Of a stretch of 64,000 nt of DNA, positions 38,960-49,554 are shown one piece after another. The DNA comes from a bacterium. Lineage in GTDB: Bacteria; Joyebacterota; Joyebacteria; Joyebacterales; Joyebacteraceae. The translations under genes were made by a program, and so were the position numbers. The notes beneath the pieces were generated by a model. The model made no database searches. It saw only the letters and a program-made list of their open reading frames with translations, and was not told the DNA's origin. Location: contig JALGZK010000017.1 of assembly GCA_025774935.1 (NCBI GenBank), positions 3,308 through 67,307 of the forward strand, given 5' to 3'. Each line of letters opens with the position of its first letter. Position 1 is the first letter of the stretch.

Positions 38960-40486
38960 CTACTTGAGGTGGAGCTGCCAGCCTCCCCACGTCCTCCGCT
39001 CGGGCGGCTGCCGCCAGCCGCCTCGCGATGTGCCGGCCCCCGCTCCGACTGCGAGCGGCTGCGCCTCCTCTCGCTCCGCGTCGCGCACGAGCGCTGCGGC
39101 CACGGCCGCGACCTCGGGAAGCGGGAGCGTCCTGCCCGTGTACGTCGGGAAGAAGACCTCGTCGACGTACGACGTGTCGAAGTCTCCGCTCCGGAAGGCC
39201 TCGCTCTCCATCACGGCCTTGTGGAACGGGATCGTCGTCTTGATGCCCTCGATGTTGTACTCGGAGAGGGCGCGCCGCATCCTCTCGATCGCCTGGTCTC
39301 TCGTGGGCGCCCACGCCAGGAGCTTGGAGACGAGCGGGTCGTAGTAGATCGGCACGTCGAACCCGGCGTGGATGCCGCTCTCGACCCGGACGCCGGGGCC
39401 CGCGGGCTCCCTCATCCGCTCGATGAGACCGGTCGAAGGGAAGAAGTTGTTCTCGGGATCCTCGGCGCAGATCCGGCACTCGATCGCGGAGCCTCTGTGG
39501 AAGACGTCGAGCTGGCGGAACGAGAGCTCCTCGCCCGCCGCCACGCGGAGCTGCTCCCTGACGAGGTCGATGCCCGTCACGAGCTCCGTCACCGGGTGCT
39601 CGACCTGGAGCCGCGCGTTCACCTCCAGGAAGTAGAACTCGCGGTTCGCGTCGAGCAGGAACTCGATCGTTCCGGCGTTGACGTACCCCGAGGCCTTCGC
39701 CGCCTTGACCGCCGCCTCCCCCATCTTCGCTCGGAGGCTCTTCGTGAGCGCGGTCGACGGCGACTCTTCCACGAGCTTCTGGTGGCGCCTCTGGATCGAG
39801 CACTCGCGCTCGCCCAGGTGCACGACATTCCCGTGGCTGTCGGCGATGATCTGAAACTCGACGTGGCGAGGTTTCTCGATGAGCTTCTCGAGGTAGATGC
39901 GGTCGTCGGCGAACGCACTCCCGGCCTCCGAGCGGGCCGCCCTCGCGGCGGCCGCGAGCTCGTCCTTCGAGAATATGGCGCGCATCCCCTTGCCGCCGCC
40001 GCCCGCCGCCGCCTTGAGCATGACGGGGAACCCGATCCGCTCCGCCTCGGCCTGGATCTCATCGTCGTCCGAGAGCGGACGGTCGCCGCCCGGCACGACG
40101 GGGATCCCCGCCGCGACCATCGTCTTCCGCGCCTCCATCTTGTCGCCGACGAGCGCGATGGTCCTGCTCGAGGGACCAATGAAGACGACGCCCGCGTCCT
40201 CGCACGCGCGCGCGAATCCGGCGTTCTCCGCGAGGAACCCGTATCCCGGGTGGATGGCCTCGGCGCCTATCTTCTTCGCGTGGTCGACGATCGCGTCGAT
40301 CTTGAGGTAGCTCTCGCCCGGGGCCGGCGGCCCAATGAGGTGGGCCTCGTCCGCCTGGCGGACGTGGCGCGAGGAGCGGTCGGCCTCCGAGTAGATGGCG
40401 GCGGAGGATATCTCGAGCTCCCGTAGCGCACGGATGACCCTGATCGCGATCTCGCCTCGGTTGGCTACCAGCACCTTCTTGAACAT
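38960..40486 (-). CDS. Biotin carboxylase (second copy)
   Basis: MFKKVLVANRGEIAIRVIRA..., 508 aa. Confidence 0.9.
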   Translation of the reverse strand: MFKKVLVANRGEIAIRVIRALRELEISSAAIYSEADRSSRHVRQADEAHLIGPPAPGESYLKIDAIVDHAKKIGAEAIHPGYGFLAENAGFARACEDAGVVFIGPSSRTIALVGDKMEARKTMVAAGIPVVPGGDRPLSDDDEIQAEAERIGFPVMLKAAAGGGGKGMRAIFSKDELAAAARAARSEAGSAFADDRIYLEKLIEKPRHVEFQIIADSHGNVVHLGERECSIQRRHQKLVEESPSTALTKSLRAKMGEAAVKAAKASGYVNAGTIEFLLDANREFYFLEVNARLQVEHPVTELVTGIDLVREQLRVAAGEELSFRQLDVFHRGSAIECRICAEDPENNFFPSTGLIERMREPAGPGVRVESGIHAGFDVPIYYDPLVSKLLAWAPTRDQAIERMRRALSEYNIEGIKTTIPFHKAVMESEAFRSGDFDTSYVDEVFFPTYTGRTLPLPEVAAVAAALVRDAEREEAQPLAVGAGAGTSRGGWRQPPERRTWGGWQLHLK

Positions 40487-40511
40487 GATGTCGTCCGTGC
40501 CTCCTCGAGGG

Positions 40512-42062
40512 CTAGAGCGGGATGTTCCCGTGCTTCCTGGGCGGGTTCGAGTCTCTCTTGTTCGCGAGCATCCGGAGCGCGTCGATGACGACGGGCCTCG
40601 TGTCGCGCGGCTTGATCACTCGGTCGAGGAACCCCGCGGCCGCCGCGATGTAGGGGCTCGAGAACTTCTCCTTGAACTCGTCGACGAGCTTCTTCCTGAG
40701 CGCTTCGGGATCGTCCGCCGCGCCGAGCTCCTTTCGGAAGAGGACGTTGACGGCGCCCTCCGCGCCCATGACGGCGATCTCCGACGTCGGCCACGCGAGG
40801 TTCACGTCGCCCCTGATGTGCTTGCTGCTCATGACGACGTACGCGCCGCCGTACGCCTTCCTCGTGATGATCGTGATCTTCGGGACGGTCGCCTCGCAGT
40901 ACGCGTAGAGGAGCTTCGCGCCGTGCCTGATGATCCCGCCGAACTCCTGCCCCGTTCCCGGCAGGAATCCCGGCACGTCGGTGAACGTGATGAGCGGGAT
41001 GTTGAACGCGTCGCAGAACCGGACGAACCTCGCGCCCTTGACCGACGAGTCGATGTCGAGGACGCCCGCGAGCGCGGCGGGCTGGTTCGCGATGATCCCG
41101 ACGGGACGGCCGTCCATGCGCGCGAACCCGACGACGATGTTCGGGGCGAAGTCACGGTGCACCTCGAGGAAGTCGCGGTCGTCGACTACCCGCAGAATCA
41201 CGTCCTTCATGTCGTACGGCTTGTTCGGGTTGTCGGGCACGATCTCGTCGAGCTCGGGGTCACGGCGCTCGGGGTCGTCGGTCGGGTCCTTGCTCGGCGG
41301 GTCCTCCGCGTTGTTCGACGGGAGGAACGAGAGGAGCTCCCGGATCTGCGAGAGACAGGCAGCCTCGCTGTCGGAGTTGAAGTGCGCGACGCCGCTCTTC
41401 GTGTTGTGGACCGGCGCCCCGCCGAGCTCCTCGTGCGTCACCTCTTCGTGCATGACCGTCTTGATGACGTCAGGCCCGGTGAGGAACATGTAGCTCGTCT
41501 TGTTCACCATGAAGACGAAGTCGGTGATGGCCGGCGAGTAGACGGCGCCGCCCGCACACGGCCCCATGATCGCCGAGATCTGCGGGACGACGCCCGAGGC
41601 CAGCACGTTCCGGAGGAAGAACTCGGCATACCCGGCGAGGCTCCAGACGCCCTCCTGGATGCGCGCGCCGCCGGAGTCGTTGAGGCCGACGACCGGCGCC
41701 CCGTTCTTCATCGCGAGGTCCATGATCTTGCAGATCTTCTCTCCGTGCGCCATCGAGAGCGAGCCGCCGAACACGGTGAAGTCCTGCGCGAAGACGTAGA
41801 CGAGCCTCCCGTCGACCGTCCCGTACCCCGTCACCACCCCGTCGCCCGGGATCCTCTTCTTCTCCATGTCGAAGTCGGTGCAGCGGTGGGTCACGAACGG
41901 GTCGAGCTCGCGGAAGCTGCCCTCGTCGAGGAGGAGGTCGAGCCGCTCCCTGGCGGTGAGCTTGCCGGCGGCGTGCTGCTTCTCGATGCGCTTCTCACCG
42001 CCGCCCAGCAGGGTCTCCTTCGTTCGCTCTTCGAGCTCCTTCATCTTCTCTTCTATCGACAT
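40512..42062 (-). CDS. Propionyl-CoA carboxylase beta chain / methylmalonyl-CoA carboxyltransferase
   Basis: 516 aa carboxyltransferase with PccB/12S-like motifs. Confidence 0.85.
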   Translation of the reverse strand: MSIEEKMKELEERTKETLLGGGEKRIEKQHAAGKLTARERLDLLLDEGSFRELDPFVTHRCTDFDMEKKRIPGDGVVTGYGTVDGRLVYVFAQDFTVFGGSLSMAHGEKICKIMDLAMKNGAPVVGLNDSGGARIQEGVWSLAGYAEFFLRNVLASGVVPQISAIMGPCAGGAVYSPAITDFVFMVNKTSYMFLTGPDVIKTVMHEEVTHEELGGAPVHNTKSGVAHFNSDSEAACLSQIRELLSFLPSNNAEDPPSKDPTDDPERRDPELDEIVPDNPNKPYDMKDVILRVVDDRDFLEVHRDFAPNIVVGFARMDGRPVGIIANQPAALAGVLDIDSSVKGARFVRFCDAFNIPLITFTDVPGFLPGTGQEFGGIIRHGAKLLYAYCEATVPKITIITRKAYGGAYVVMSSKHIRGDVNLAWPTSEIAVMGAEGAVNVLFRKELGAADDPEALRKKLVDEFKEKFSSPYIAAAAGFLDRVIKPRDTRPVVIDALRMLANKRDSNPPRKHGNIPL

Positions 42063-42096
42063 CGCTACCGGCCCCTTCTCGATTGAGGGAAGAACC

Positions 42097-42954
42097 TCAC
42101 GCGTCGGAGAGGTCCTCGAACGCGTACCTGCCCCTCTCGTCCTTCGTGATGCGGCCGACGTTCCCGTCGACGTCGTGGTCGAGGATGACGATCCAGTCGC
42201 CGGCGACCGCCTGTGCGAGGAGCTTCTCCTTCTGCTCGATGACCTCGAGCGGGAAGGTGTCGACGCCCGCGACGTACGGAACGCGTACGTGGTGCCTCCC
42301 CGGAATGAGGTCGGCCGGGTAGACCGCCGTTCCGTCGGGCGTCTCTATCAGCACCATCGTGTGCCCGGCCGTGTGGCCGCCGGTCCGCACCATCGTGACA
42401 CCGGGGGCGACCTCGTGTCGGTCGCCGACGAGATCGAGCTGCCCCGCCTCCTCGATGGGAACGAAGTCGTCCGTGCGGTACGCGGCTCTGCTCCGGGCGT
42501 CCGGCTCGAGCGCGTCCGCCCACTCCCGCTCGTTCACGTGGTAGCACGCGTTCGGGAACGCGGGCTCGACGCCCCCGGTCCCGTCCCGAGTCGCTCCGGC
42601 GGCGTGGTCCGCGTGGAGGTGCGTGAGGACGACCGTGTCGATGTCCTCGGGCGCGAATCCCATCCGCCGGAGAGCCGTCTCCACGTTTCTGTCGGGGTCG
42701 AACGCGAAAATCCTGAGGTCCTTCTTGGTGTGCCTCGCCCCGAACCCGACGTCGACCAGGATCTTCCTGCCGTCGGTCTCGATGAGGAGCGGCGAGAGCG
42801 AGAGCCTGATGCGGTTCTGGTCGTCGGCCGGGACGAGCGCCTCCCAGATGATCTTGGGGACGGCTCCGAACATCGCGCCGCCGTCGTAGAGGCACTCCCC
42901 CGCGTCGAGGCTCGTGAGCTTCACTCCCCCGAGTGTCACCGTGAGGTCCGTCAT
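42097..42954 (-). CDS. MBL-fold metallo-hydrolase
   Basis: HLHADH motif. ATG 42952-42954. Confidence 0.7.
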   Translation of the reverse strand: MTDLTVTLGGVKLTSLDAGECLYDGGAMFGAVPKIIWEALVPADDQNRIRLSLSPLLIETDGRKILVDVGFGARHTKKDLRIFAFDPDRNVETALRRMGFAPEDIDTVVLTHLHADHAAGATRDGTGGVEPAFPNACYHVNEREWADALEPDARSRAAYRTDDFVPIEEAGQLDLVGDRHEVAPGVTMVRTGGHTAGHTMVLIETPDGTAVYPADLIPGRHHVRVPYVAGVDTFPLEVIEQKEKLLAQAVAGDWIVILDHDVDGNVGRITKDERGRYAFEDLSDA

Positions 42955-42977
42955 GCTCACACCCGTCGCTCCCCCGC

Positions 42978-44129
42978 TCATCCCCTGAGCTCCCAGCCGG
43001 CCACCACGAGCTTCTGGATCTCGGAGGTCCCCTCGATGATCTCGGTCACGCGCGCGTCGCGGAAGTAGCGCTCGACGGGGTGGAGATCCGCGACGACGCC
43101 CGAGCCGCCGTGAACCTGCACGGCCTTCGACGCTACGAACGAGGCGGTCTCAGACGCGAAGAGCTTCGCCTGCGCTGCGATCTCGCCGTACGGGGCTCCT
43201 TCGTCCATGGTCGCCGCCGCCTGGTATGTGAGCGCGCGGGCGGCTTCGAGCCGCGTGGCCATCTCCGCGATCATGAGCTGGACCGCCTGGAACTTCGCGA
43301 TGGGGCGCCCGCCCGTCACGCGGGAGAGCGCGTAGGCCTTCGACGCCTCGAGCGCGGCCTGACCGATACCGACGGCCATGGCTGCGGCTCCGATCCTGCC
43401 GCCGTCGAGGACCCCGAGCGCCATCCTCATGCCCTTCCCGCGCTTGCCGATCACGTGCGCCGCGGGGATGCGCATGCCGTCGAAGACGAGCTTCCCCACC
43501 GGCGCGGCCTTCAGACCGATCTTGATTCCTGCGCTCTCGGGCGCGAACCCATCCGCGTGCTCCGCCTCGACGAGGAGCGCGCTCATCTCGTCGCGCTTCG
43601 TGACCTTCCCGTCCTTCTCGACCGCGGTCTCGCCCGTGATCGCGAAGAGGACGATGACGTCGGCGATGGGGCCGTTCGTGATGTACATCTTCGTGCCGGT
43701 GGCGACGAAGTGGTCGCCTTCCTCAGGCGCGCGCGTGGGCGTCGTCGGGTCGAGCTCGGTGAGCGCGAACGCGCCGAGCTTCTTCTTCGCGAGCTCCGGA
43801 AGGACGTGCGCCTTTATCTCGTCGGACGCGTGCTCCGCGAGGAGCGCGACGCAGAGTGAGCTGTGGATGGACATCACGAGCGCCGTGCTCGCGTCGCAGC
43901 GCGCGAGCTCCTCGACAGCGGTCACGTACTCGAGCGCGCTCGCCCCTCGCCCGCCGAACTCCGTCGGCGCGAGGAGCCCCATCATCCCGGCTTCGAACAT
44001 CGCGTCGAGCGCCGCCCGGTCGTACCTCCCGACCTTGTCCATGCCCGCCGCGCGCGGAGCGATCTCCCGCTCTGCGAACTCCCGCGCCCACGCGCGGATC
44101 TCGCGCTGCTTCTCGCTCAGATCGAACAT
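42978..44129 (-). CDS. Acyl-CoA dehydrogenase
   Basis: 383 aa ACAD fold. Confidence 0.85.
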   Translation of the reverse strand: MFDLSEKQREIRAWAREFAEREIAPRAAGMDKVGRYDRAALDAMFEAGMMGLLAPTEFGGRGASALEYVTAVEELARCDASTALVMSIHSSLCVALLAEHASDEIKAHVLPELAKKKLGAFALTELDPTTPTRAPEEGDHFVATGTKMYITNGPIADVIVLFAITGETAVEKDGKVTKRDEMSALLVEAEHADGFAPESAGIKIGLKAAPVGKLVFDGMRIPAAHVIGKRGKGMRMALGVLDGGRIGAAAMAVGIGQAALEASKAYALSRVTGGRPIAKFQAVQLMIAEMATRLEAARALTYQAAATMDEGAPYGEIAAQAKLFASETASFVASKAVQVHGGSGVVADLHPVERYFRDARVTEIIEGTSEIQKLVVAGWELRG

Positions 44130-44169
44130 CGTGTCCTCGTCCGGCGCGGTCCGGGCGGCCCGTCCGATG

Positions 44170-44577
44170 CTACGCGCCGCGCTTCTGCGCGACCGCTTCC
44201 TTGATGTACGTGACGATGTCGCGCGTGTCGGTGCCCGGGCCGAAGAGCCGGTCGACGCCCATGCCGACGAGCTTCTCCATGTCCTCGTCGGGGATGATCC
44301 CCCCGCCCGTCACGATCACGTCGTCGGCGCCCTTCTCCTTCAGGAGCTCGAGCACCCGCGGGAACATCGTCATGTGCGCGCCCGAGAGGATGCTCATCGC
44401 GACGACGTCCACGTCCTCCTGGACTGCCGCGTTGACGATCATCTCGGGGGTCTGGTGGAGGCCGGTGTAGATGACCTCCAGCCCGCCGTCCCGGAGAGCG
44501 CTCGCCACGACCTTCGCGCCGCGGTCGTGGCCGTCGAGCCCGGGCTTGGCGACCAGTACTCGGATTCTCTGTGGCAT
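44170..44577 (-). CDS. Cobalamin-binding subunit (methylmalonyl-CoA mutase small/B12-binding domain protein)
   Basis: ATG 44575-44577 after [29 protein letters not shown]12-binding DxHxxG motif. Confidence 0.85.
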   Translation of the reverse strand: MPQRIRVLVAKPGLDGHDRGAKVVASALRDGGLEVIYTGLHQTPEMIVNAAVQEDVDVVAMSILSGAHMTMFPRVLELLKEKGADDVIVTGGGIIPDEDMEKLVGMGVDRLFGPGTDTRDIVTYIKEAVAQKRGA

Positions 44578-44608
44578 CGTTGGTGCTTCCTCCGCTCGTC
44601 TCTCCCGC

Positions 44609-46042
44609 CTAGTTCGGCGGCTCGTAGGGATCGGGAGTACCGGGCCGGATGGGTGGTTCCTTCTGGAGCGACATAACGTGGTCCGTAAGGAGTTGCCCCG
44701 CCGGCCAGCGGATCCAGCCCGCCCTGATCCACTGCGGATCGAGCGGGTTCTCTTCCTTCGGGTCGGTGTGGAGATCGTAGACGAGAGGCACCGGATACTC
44801 TTTGAGGGGCTCGCCCCACGCACGGTCGAGCTCCTTGAAGACCATTTTCCAGTTCCGCCACTTCACGCCGAAGATTTCGCTCCCGACGTAGACGATGACG
44901 CCCTCGCGGTTCGACTTCTCGTGACCACCCGTGAAGAAGTCGAGCTGGTCGATGCTGTCGATGACGCGGTCGTCGGGCACGTCGCCTCCGACCGCACTGG
45001 CAAACGTCGCGAAGAGGTCCACCTCGTGGACGATCTCGTTACTGACGAGCCCCTCGGGAACGTTCCCGGGCCACCGCATGAGGAACGGCACCCGAAGCGA
45101 GCCCTCGTAGCCTGTGAAGTAGGTGCTCCGCCACGGCCCGCTGAACCCGTGCCACGGCACCTGCGCGTCGGGCCCGTTGTCGGCGGTGAAGATGAAGATC
45201 GTCTCGTCCCGGATGCCGAGCCGGTCGACCTCGTCGAGGAGCATGCCGACGTAGACGTCGAGCTGTGCAAGAACATCGGCGAAGTCGCCGTTCCCCGTCT
45301 TCCCCGCGAAGTCCGGGTGCGGCGTGAACGGCATGTGCGTCTGCGTGTAGGGCAGGTAGAGGAAGAACGGTCTCTCGGCTTCGACCTGGCGCCGCATGAA
45401 GTCGATCGACAGCTCGGTCAGCTCGCCGTCGATGAGGGCGCGCTCCTCGAGGTCGTATACGCGGAGGTTCGCGGGCTCCTCGCCCCTCACGCCTTCCATG
45501 ATGTGCTCGGGATGCGCGAACGGATGTGAGTCGGGCCTGAAGCGGCTGTCGTTGGGCCAGAACGCCTCGTCCGAGGAGTTCGGGATCCCGTACCACTCGT
45601 CGAACCCCTGGTCCGTGGGGTATCTCCCCTCCGTGTGACCGAGGTGCCACTTGCCGAACATGCCGGTCGCGTAGCCCGCGTCCGAGAGCATCTCGGCCAT
45701 CGTGTACTCCCACTGCGTGAGGCCGTAGATCGGCGACTCGATCGGGATTGACGCGTTCCCCGTGCGGATGGCGTAGCGCCCCGTGAGGATCGCGGCCCTG
45801 CTTGGCGTGCACTGGGCTTCCACGTTGAAGTTCGTGAGCCGGATGCCCTCCGACGCGAGCTTGTCGAGCCGGGGCGTCGGCGCCCCGCGGATGATCCCGC
45901 CGCCATAGCAGCCGAGCTCCCCATACCCGAAGTTGTCCATGAAGATGAGGACGATGTTCGGCTTGGACGCGGCCTGCGCGGCCGCGGGCTTGAGCGCGAA
46001 CGTCGCGGCTAGAAGCCCGAAGACGGCCATGAGGAACTTCAT
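44609..46042 (-). CDS. Secreted sulfatase (formylglycine-dependent, CTPSR motif)
   Basis: Signal peptide [36 protein letters not shown] sulfatase signature. Confidence 0.85.
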   Translation of the reverse strand: MKFLMAVFGLLAATFALKPAAAQAASKPNIVLIFMDNFGYGELGCYGGGIIRGAPTPRLDKLASEGIRLTNFNVEAQCTPSRAAILTGRYAIRTGNASIPIESPIYGLTQWEYTMAEMLSDAGYATGMFGKWHLGHTEGRYPTDQGFDEWYGIPNSSDEAFWPNDSRFRPDSHPFAHPEHIMEGVRGEEPANLRVYDLEERALIDGELTELSIDFMRRQVEAERPFFLYLPYTQTHMPFTPHPDFAGKTGNGDFADVLAQLDVYVGMLLDEVDRLGIRDETIFIFTADNGPDAQVPWHGFSGPWRSTYFTGYEGSLRVPFLMRWPGNVPEGLVSNEIVHEVDLFATFASAVGGDVPDDRVIDSIDQLDFFTGGHEKSNREGVIVYVGSEIFGVKWRNWKMVFKELDRAWGEPLKEYPVPLVYDLHTDPKEENPLDPQWIRAGWIRWPAGQLLTDHVMSLQKEPPIRPGTPDPYEPPN

Positions 46043-46054
46043 CGTCTCCCCCTT

Positions 46055-47728
46055 TCACCCGTTGGGGTGAGGCAGGACCTCCCGGAGGACCCCGATCATC
46101 TCCCCGATCGTGGCGTACACCCGGGAGCACTGAACGAAGTGTGGCATCAGGTTGTCGGTGCCCTCGGCCGCGGCGCGGAGTCCCGCGAGGGCTTTCGTGA
46201 CCGCTGCGTCGTCGCGCTCCGTCCTCACCTGTGCGAGCACCTCCCGCTGCCGCTCCGCAACGTCCGCGCCGATCTTCAGGAGCTCGATCTTGATCTCCTC
46301 GCCCTCGTCGACGTGTTCGTTCACGCCGACGATTACCTGGCGGTTCTCCTCGATCGCTCGCTGGTACCGGAACGCGGCCTTCGCGATGTCGCGCTGGAAG
46401 AACCCCTTCTCGATCGCCGGGATGACGCCGCCGAGCTTCTCGATCTTGTCGAAGTAGTCGCGGCAGCCTTCCTCCATCCTGTTCGTGAGCGCCTCGACGT
46501 AGTACGACCCGCCGAGGGGGTCGATCACGTTCGGGACGCCGGACTCGTGCGCGATGACCTGCTGGGTCCGGAGGGCTACGTGCACGGCCTCTTCGGAAGG
46601 GAGCGCGAGCGACTCGTCCATCGAGTTCGTGTGGAGGCTCTGCGTTCCGCCCATCACGGCGGCCAGCGCCTCGAGCGCGGTCCGGACGACGTTGTTGAAC
46701 GGCTGCTGCGCTGTAAGGCTGCAGCCCGCCGTCTGCGTGTGGAACCGCATGAGCCACGACCGGGGGTCCTTCGCCCCGTACTTCTCCTTCATGTCGGTCG
46801 CCCAGATCCGTCTCGCGGCGCGGAACTTCGCGACCTCCTCGAAGAAATCCATGTGCGAGTTGAAGAAGAACGAGAGTCTCGGCGCGAACTCGTCGACGTC
46901 CATCCCGGCCGCGATGCCGGCCTCGACGTAGGCGAACCCGTCGGCGAGCGTGAACGCGAGCTCCTGGAGCGCGGTCGAGCCCGCCTCGCGGATGTGGTAG
47001 CCGCTGATCGATATCGTGTTCCACTGCGGGACGTCGGTCGCGCAGTACTGCATGATGTCGGTGATGATCCGCATCGAGGGCTCGGGCGGGAAGATCCAGC
47101 TCTTCTGCGCGATGTACTCCTTGAGGAGGTCGTTCTGGATCGTGCCGCGCAGCTTCTTCGAGTCGACGCCCTGTTTCTCCCCCACGCAGATGTACATGGC
47201 GAGGAGCACGGCCGCGGGAGCATTGATCGTCATCGACGTCGAGACCTTGTCGAGCGGAATCCCGTCGAAGAGGGTCTCCATGTCGCGGAGCGAATCGATC
47301 GCGACGCCGCACACGCCCACCTCGCCCTCCGCCCGTTCGTGGTCGGAGTCGTAGCCCATGATCGTCGCGAGATCGAAGGCGACCGAGAGCCCGGTCTGCC
47401 CGTGCTCGAGCAGGAACTTGTACCGTCTGTTCGAGTCCTCGGGCGTTCCGAACCCCGAGAACTGCCGCATCGTCCAGAGGCGGCCGCGGTACATGTTGTG
47501 GCGGACCCCCCGCGTGTACGGGTACTCGCCGGGGAACCCGAGGTCGTTCAGGTAGTCGAGATCCGCGACGTCGTCAGGTGTGTAGAGGAGGTCGACCTCC
47601 TCGCCGGAGACCGACGTGAACTCGGCGTCGCGCTGGCGGGACGACTCGGTGGCGTTCCCCTCCCAGGCCTTCCTCGCACCAGCGACATCGCCGGTTCCGC
47701 TCTTCTTCGTGGTGTCAACGTCCGCCAT
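46055..47728 (-). CDS. Second acyl-CoA mutase catalytic subunit (methylmalonyl-CoA mutase family, no B12 domain)
   Basis: ATG 47726-47728 after GGGAGG (MADVDTTKK). About 60% similar to 36690..38381 ([22 protein letters not shown]). Confidence 0.8.
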   Translation of the reverse strand: MADVDTTKKSGTGDVAGARKAWEGNATESSRQRDAEFTSVSGEEVDLLYTPDDVADLDYLNDLGFPGEYPYTRGVRHNMYRGRLWTMRQFSGFGTPEDSNRRYKFLLEHGQTGLSVAFDLATIMGYDSDHERAEGEVGVCGVAIDSLRDMETLFDGIPLDKVSTSMTINAPAAVLLAMYICVGEKQGVDSKKLRGTIQNDLLKEYIAQKSWIFPPEPSMRIITDIMQYCATDVPQWNTISISGYHIREAGSTALQELAFTLADGFAYVEAGIAAGMDVDEFAPRLSFFFNSHMDFFEEVAKFRAARRIWATDMKEKYGAKDPRSWLMRFHTQTAGCSLTAQQPFNNVVRTALEALAAVMGGTQSLHTNSMDESLALPSEEAVHVALRTQQVIAHESGVPNVIDPLGGSYYVEALTNRMEEGCRDYFDKIEKLGGVIPAIEKGFFQRDIAKAAFRYQRAIEENRQVIVGVNEHVDEGEEIKIELLKIGADVAERQREVLAQVRTERDDAAVTKALAGLRAAAEGTDNLMPHFVQCSRVYATIGEMIGVLREVLPHPNG

Positions 47729-49487
47729 CGCTGCCTCCCATGAGAGCGACGACCTGGGCCAGGAGCTGGTCAGACGAGAAGTGCGCCATCGAGATCGTGC
47801 CCGAAGGACACGCCGCCGCGCACGTGCCGCAGCCCTTGCAGAGCGCCTCGTTGCAGCTCGACACGTCCTTCTCCTCGTCGAGCGTGAGAGCGCCGTAAGG
47901 GCAGACGGAGATGCAGATCCTGCAGCCTGCGCAGAGGTCCTCGTCGATCGAGCACGAGAGAGCCTCGACCGTGACCGTGCCCTTCGACATCGGGATGATC
48001 GCCGAGGACGCTGCGGCCTTCGCCTGGGCGACCGTGTCGGGGATGTCCTTCGGCCCCTGGCAGCAGCCGGCGAGGTAGATGCCCTCGCTCGCGGTGTCGA
48101 CGGGACGGAGTTTCGGGTGGGCCTCCATGAGGAAGTTGTCCTGGGAGCAGCAGAGCTTGAGCGCGTTCGCGAGGCGTCCGGTGCCCTCGCGAGGGACGAG
48201 CCCCGCCGCCAGGACGACGAGGTCGGCCTCGACGTCAAGCGGCTCGCCCTCGAGCGTGTCCTCGCCCCGAACGACCAGTCGGTCCTTCCTCTTGTAGATC
48301 TCGGAGACGCTCCCGCGCCGGTAGATGACCCCCTCCTTCCGCACGCGGTCGTAGAACTCCTCGAACCCCTTCCCGAACGCCCGGATGTCCATGTAGAAGA
48401 CCGTCACGTTCGCGTCGGGGATCTTCTCCTTCACGAGGTGCGCCTGCTTCGCAGTGAACATGCAGCAGACGCGCGAGCAGTACTCGTTCCCCACGGTCTC
48501 GTCGCGCGAGCCCACGCACTGGATGAACACGACGTCCTTGGGCTTCTTCCCCGCGATCACGATCTCTCCTGTCGTCGGACCCGACGCCGAGCAGATTCGC
48601 TCCATCTCGAGCCCGGTGATCACGTTCTCGTACGAGGCGTACCCGAGCTCGGGCTTGAGGCAGGGGTCGAACTCGTCGAAGCCCGTCGCGACGACGACCG
48701 TTCCGACCTGAAGCGGCTCCTCCCGCTCCTCCATCTCGTAGTCGATCGCGTCGGGACCACAGACCTTCTCGCACACGCCGCAGGTGCCCAGGGTCTTCTT
48801 CAGGCAGTGCTCGTCGTCGAGCACGGGGACCGCGGGGACCGCCTGCGGGAACGGGAGGTAGATCGACGACCTCGAGACGAGACGGGTGTCGAACTCGGAC
48901 GCGAGCGGCCGGGGCGTGAGGTCGGTGATGAGCCCGAGGTCGATCGCGTCGGTCGGGCAGATGAACTCGCACGCGCCGCAGGCGATGCAGACCTCCGACT
49001 TCTCGGCATACGGCGTGGCGATCGCGCGGTTGTCGCCTCGCCCGCGGAACGCGAGCGCTCCGGCTCCTACGACGTCGCGGCACATGCGGACGCAGAGCCC
49101 GCACATGATGCAGCGGTTGTCGCTCCGGTCCTCGGGCGTCCGGAACGGGGTCCCCTCGATCCCGAGCTTCGCCGCGAGGTCGCGGATCTCGACCGCGTCC
49201 GGCGCTTCGGCGAGCATGAGCTCGACGACGAACCGCCGCGCCTTCCGGACCATCTCGGAGTCGGTCCGGACCTCGCCCTCCCACGCGGGGTAGGTGCACG
49301 CCGGGTGCAGCCTCGACTTCCCCTTCCAGATCGTCTCCACCACGCAGACCCGGCACGCGCCGTACGGGGTGAGCCCCCGGTAGGTGCAGAGCGTCGGGAT
49401 CTCGATCCCGAGCTCGACGGCCGCCTCGAGCACGGTCCGGTTCTGGTCGGCCTCTATCTCGTGTCCGTCGATGATCAGGAGACCCAT
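47715..49487 (-). CDS. Fusion: NuoG-N-terminal-like 2Fe-2S ferredoxin + 2x[4Fe-4S] + C-terminal half of HdrA (FAD domain second half + C-terminal ferredoxin)
   Basis: [13 protein letters not shown]...[15 protein letters not shown] (2Fe-2S), [23 protein letters not shown], then HdrA-like VVATGFDEF...CVGSRD...CCMFTAKQA...CCQGPKDIP and terminal [12 protein letters not shown] / [12 protein letters not shown]. Confidence 0.75.
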   Translation of the reverse strand: MGLLIIDGHEIEADQNRTVLEAAVELGIEIPTLCTYRGLTPYGACRVCVVETIWKGKSRLHPACTYPAWEGEVRTDSEMVRKARRFVVELMLAEAPDAVEIRDLAAKLGIEGTPFRTPEDRSDNRCIMCGLCVRMCRDVVGAGALAFRGRGDNRAIATPYAEKSEVCIACGACEFICPTDAIDLGLITDLTPRPLASEFDTRLVSRSSIYLPFPQAVPAVPVLDDEHCLKKTLGTCGVCEKVCGPDAIDYEMEEREEPLQVGTVVVATGFDEFDPCLKPELGYASYENVITGLEMERICSASGPTTGEIVIAGKKPKDVVFIQCVGSRDETVGNEYCSRVCCMFTAKQAHLVKEKIPDANVTVFYMDIRAFGKGFEEFYDRVRKEGVIYRRGSVSEIYKRKDRLVVRGEDTLEGEPLDVEADLVVLAAGLVPREGTGRLANALKLCCSQDNFLMEAHPKLRPVDTASEGIYLAGCCQGPKDIPDTVAQAKAAASSAIIPMSKGTVTVEALSCSIDEDLCAGCRICISVCPYGALTLDEEKDVSSCNEALCKGCGTCAAACPSGTISMAHFSSDQLLAQVVALMGGSDGGR

Positions 49488-49554
49488 TCCCGGTGTTCCT
49501 CTCGTTCCTTTGGTGTCCATGGCTTCGCGGCGCGGGCGCCCGGCGCCCCCGCCG

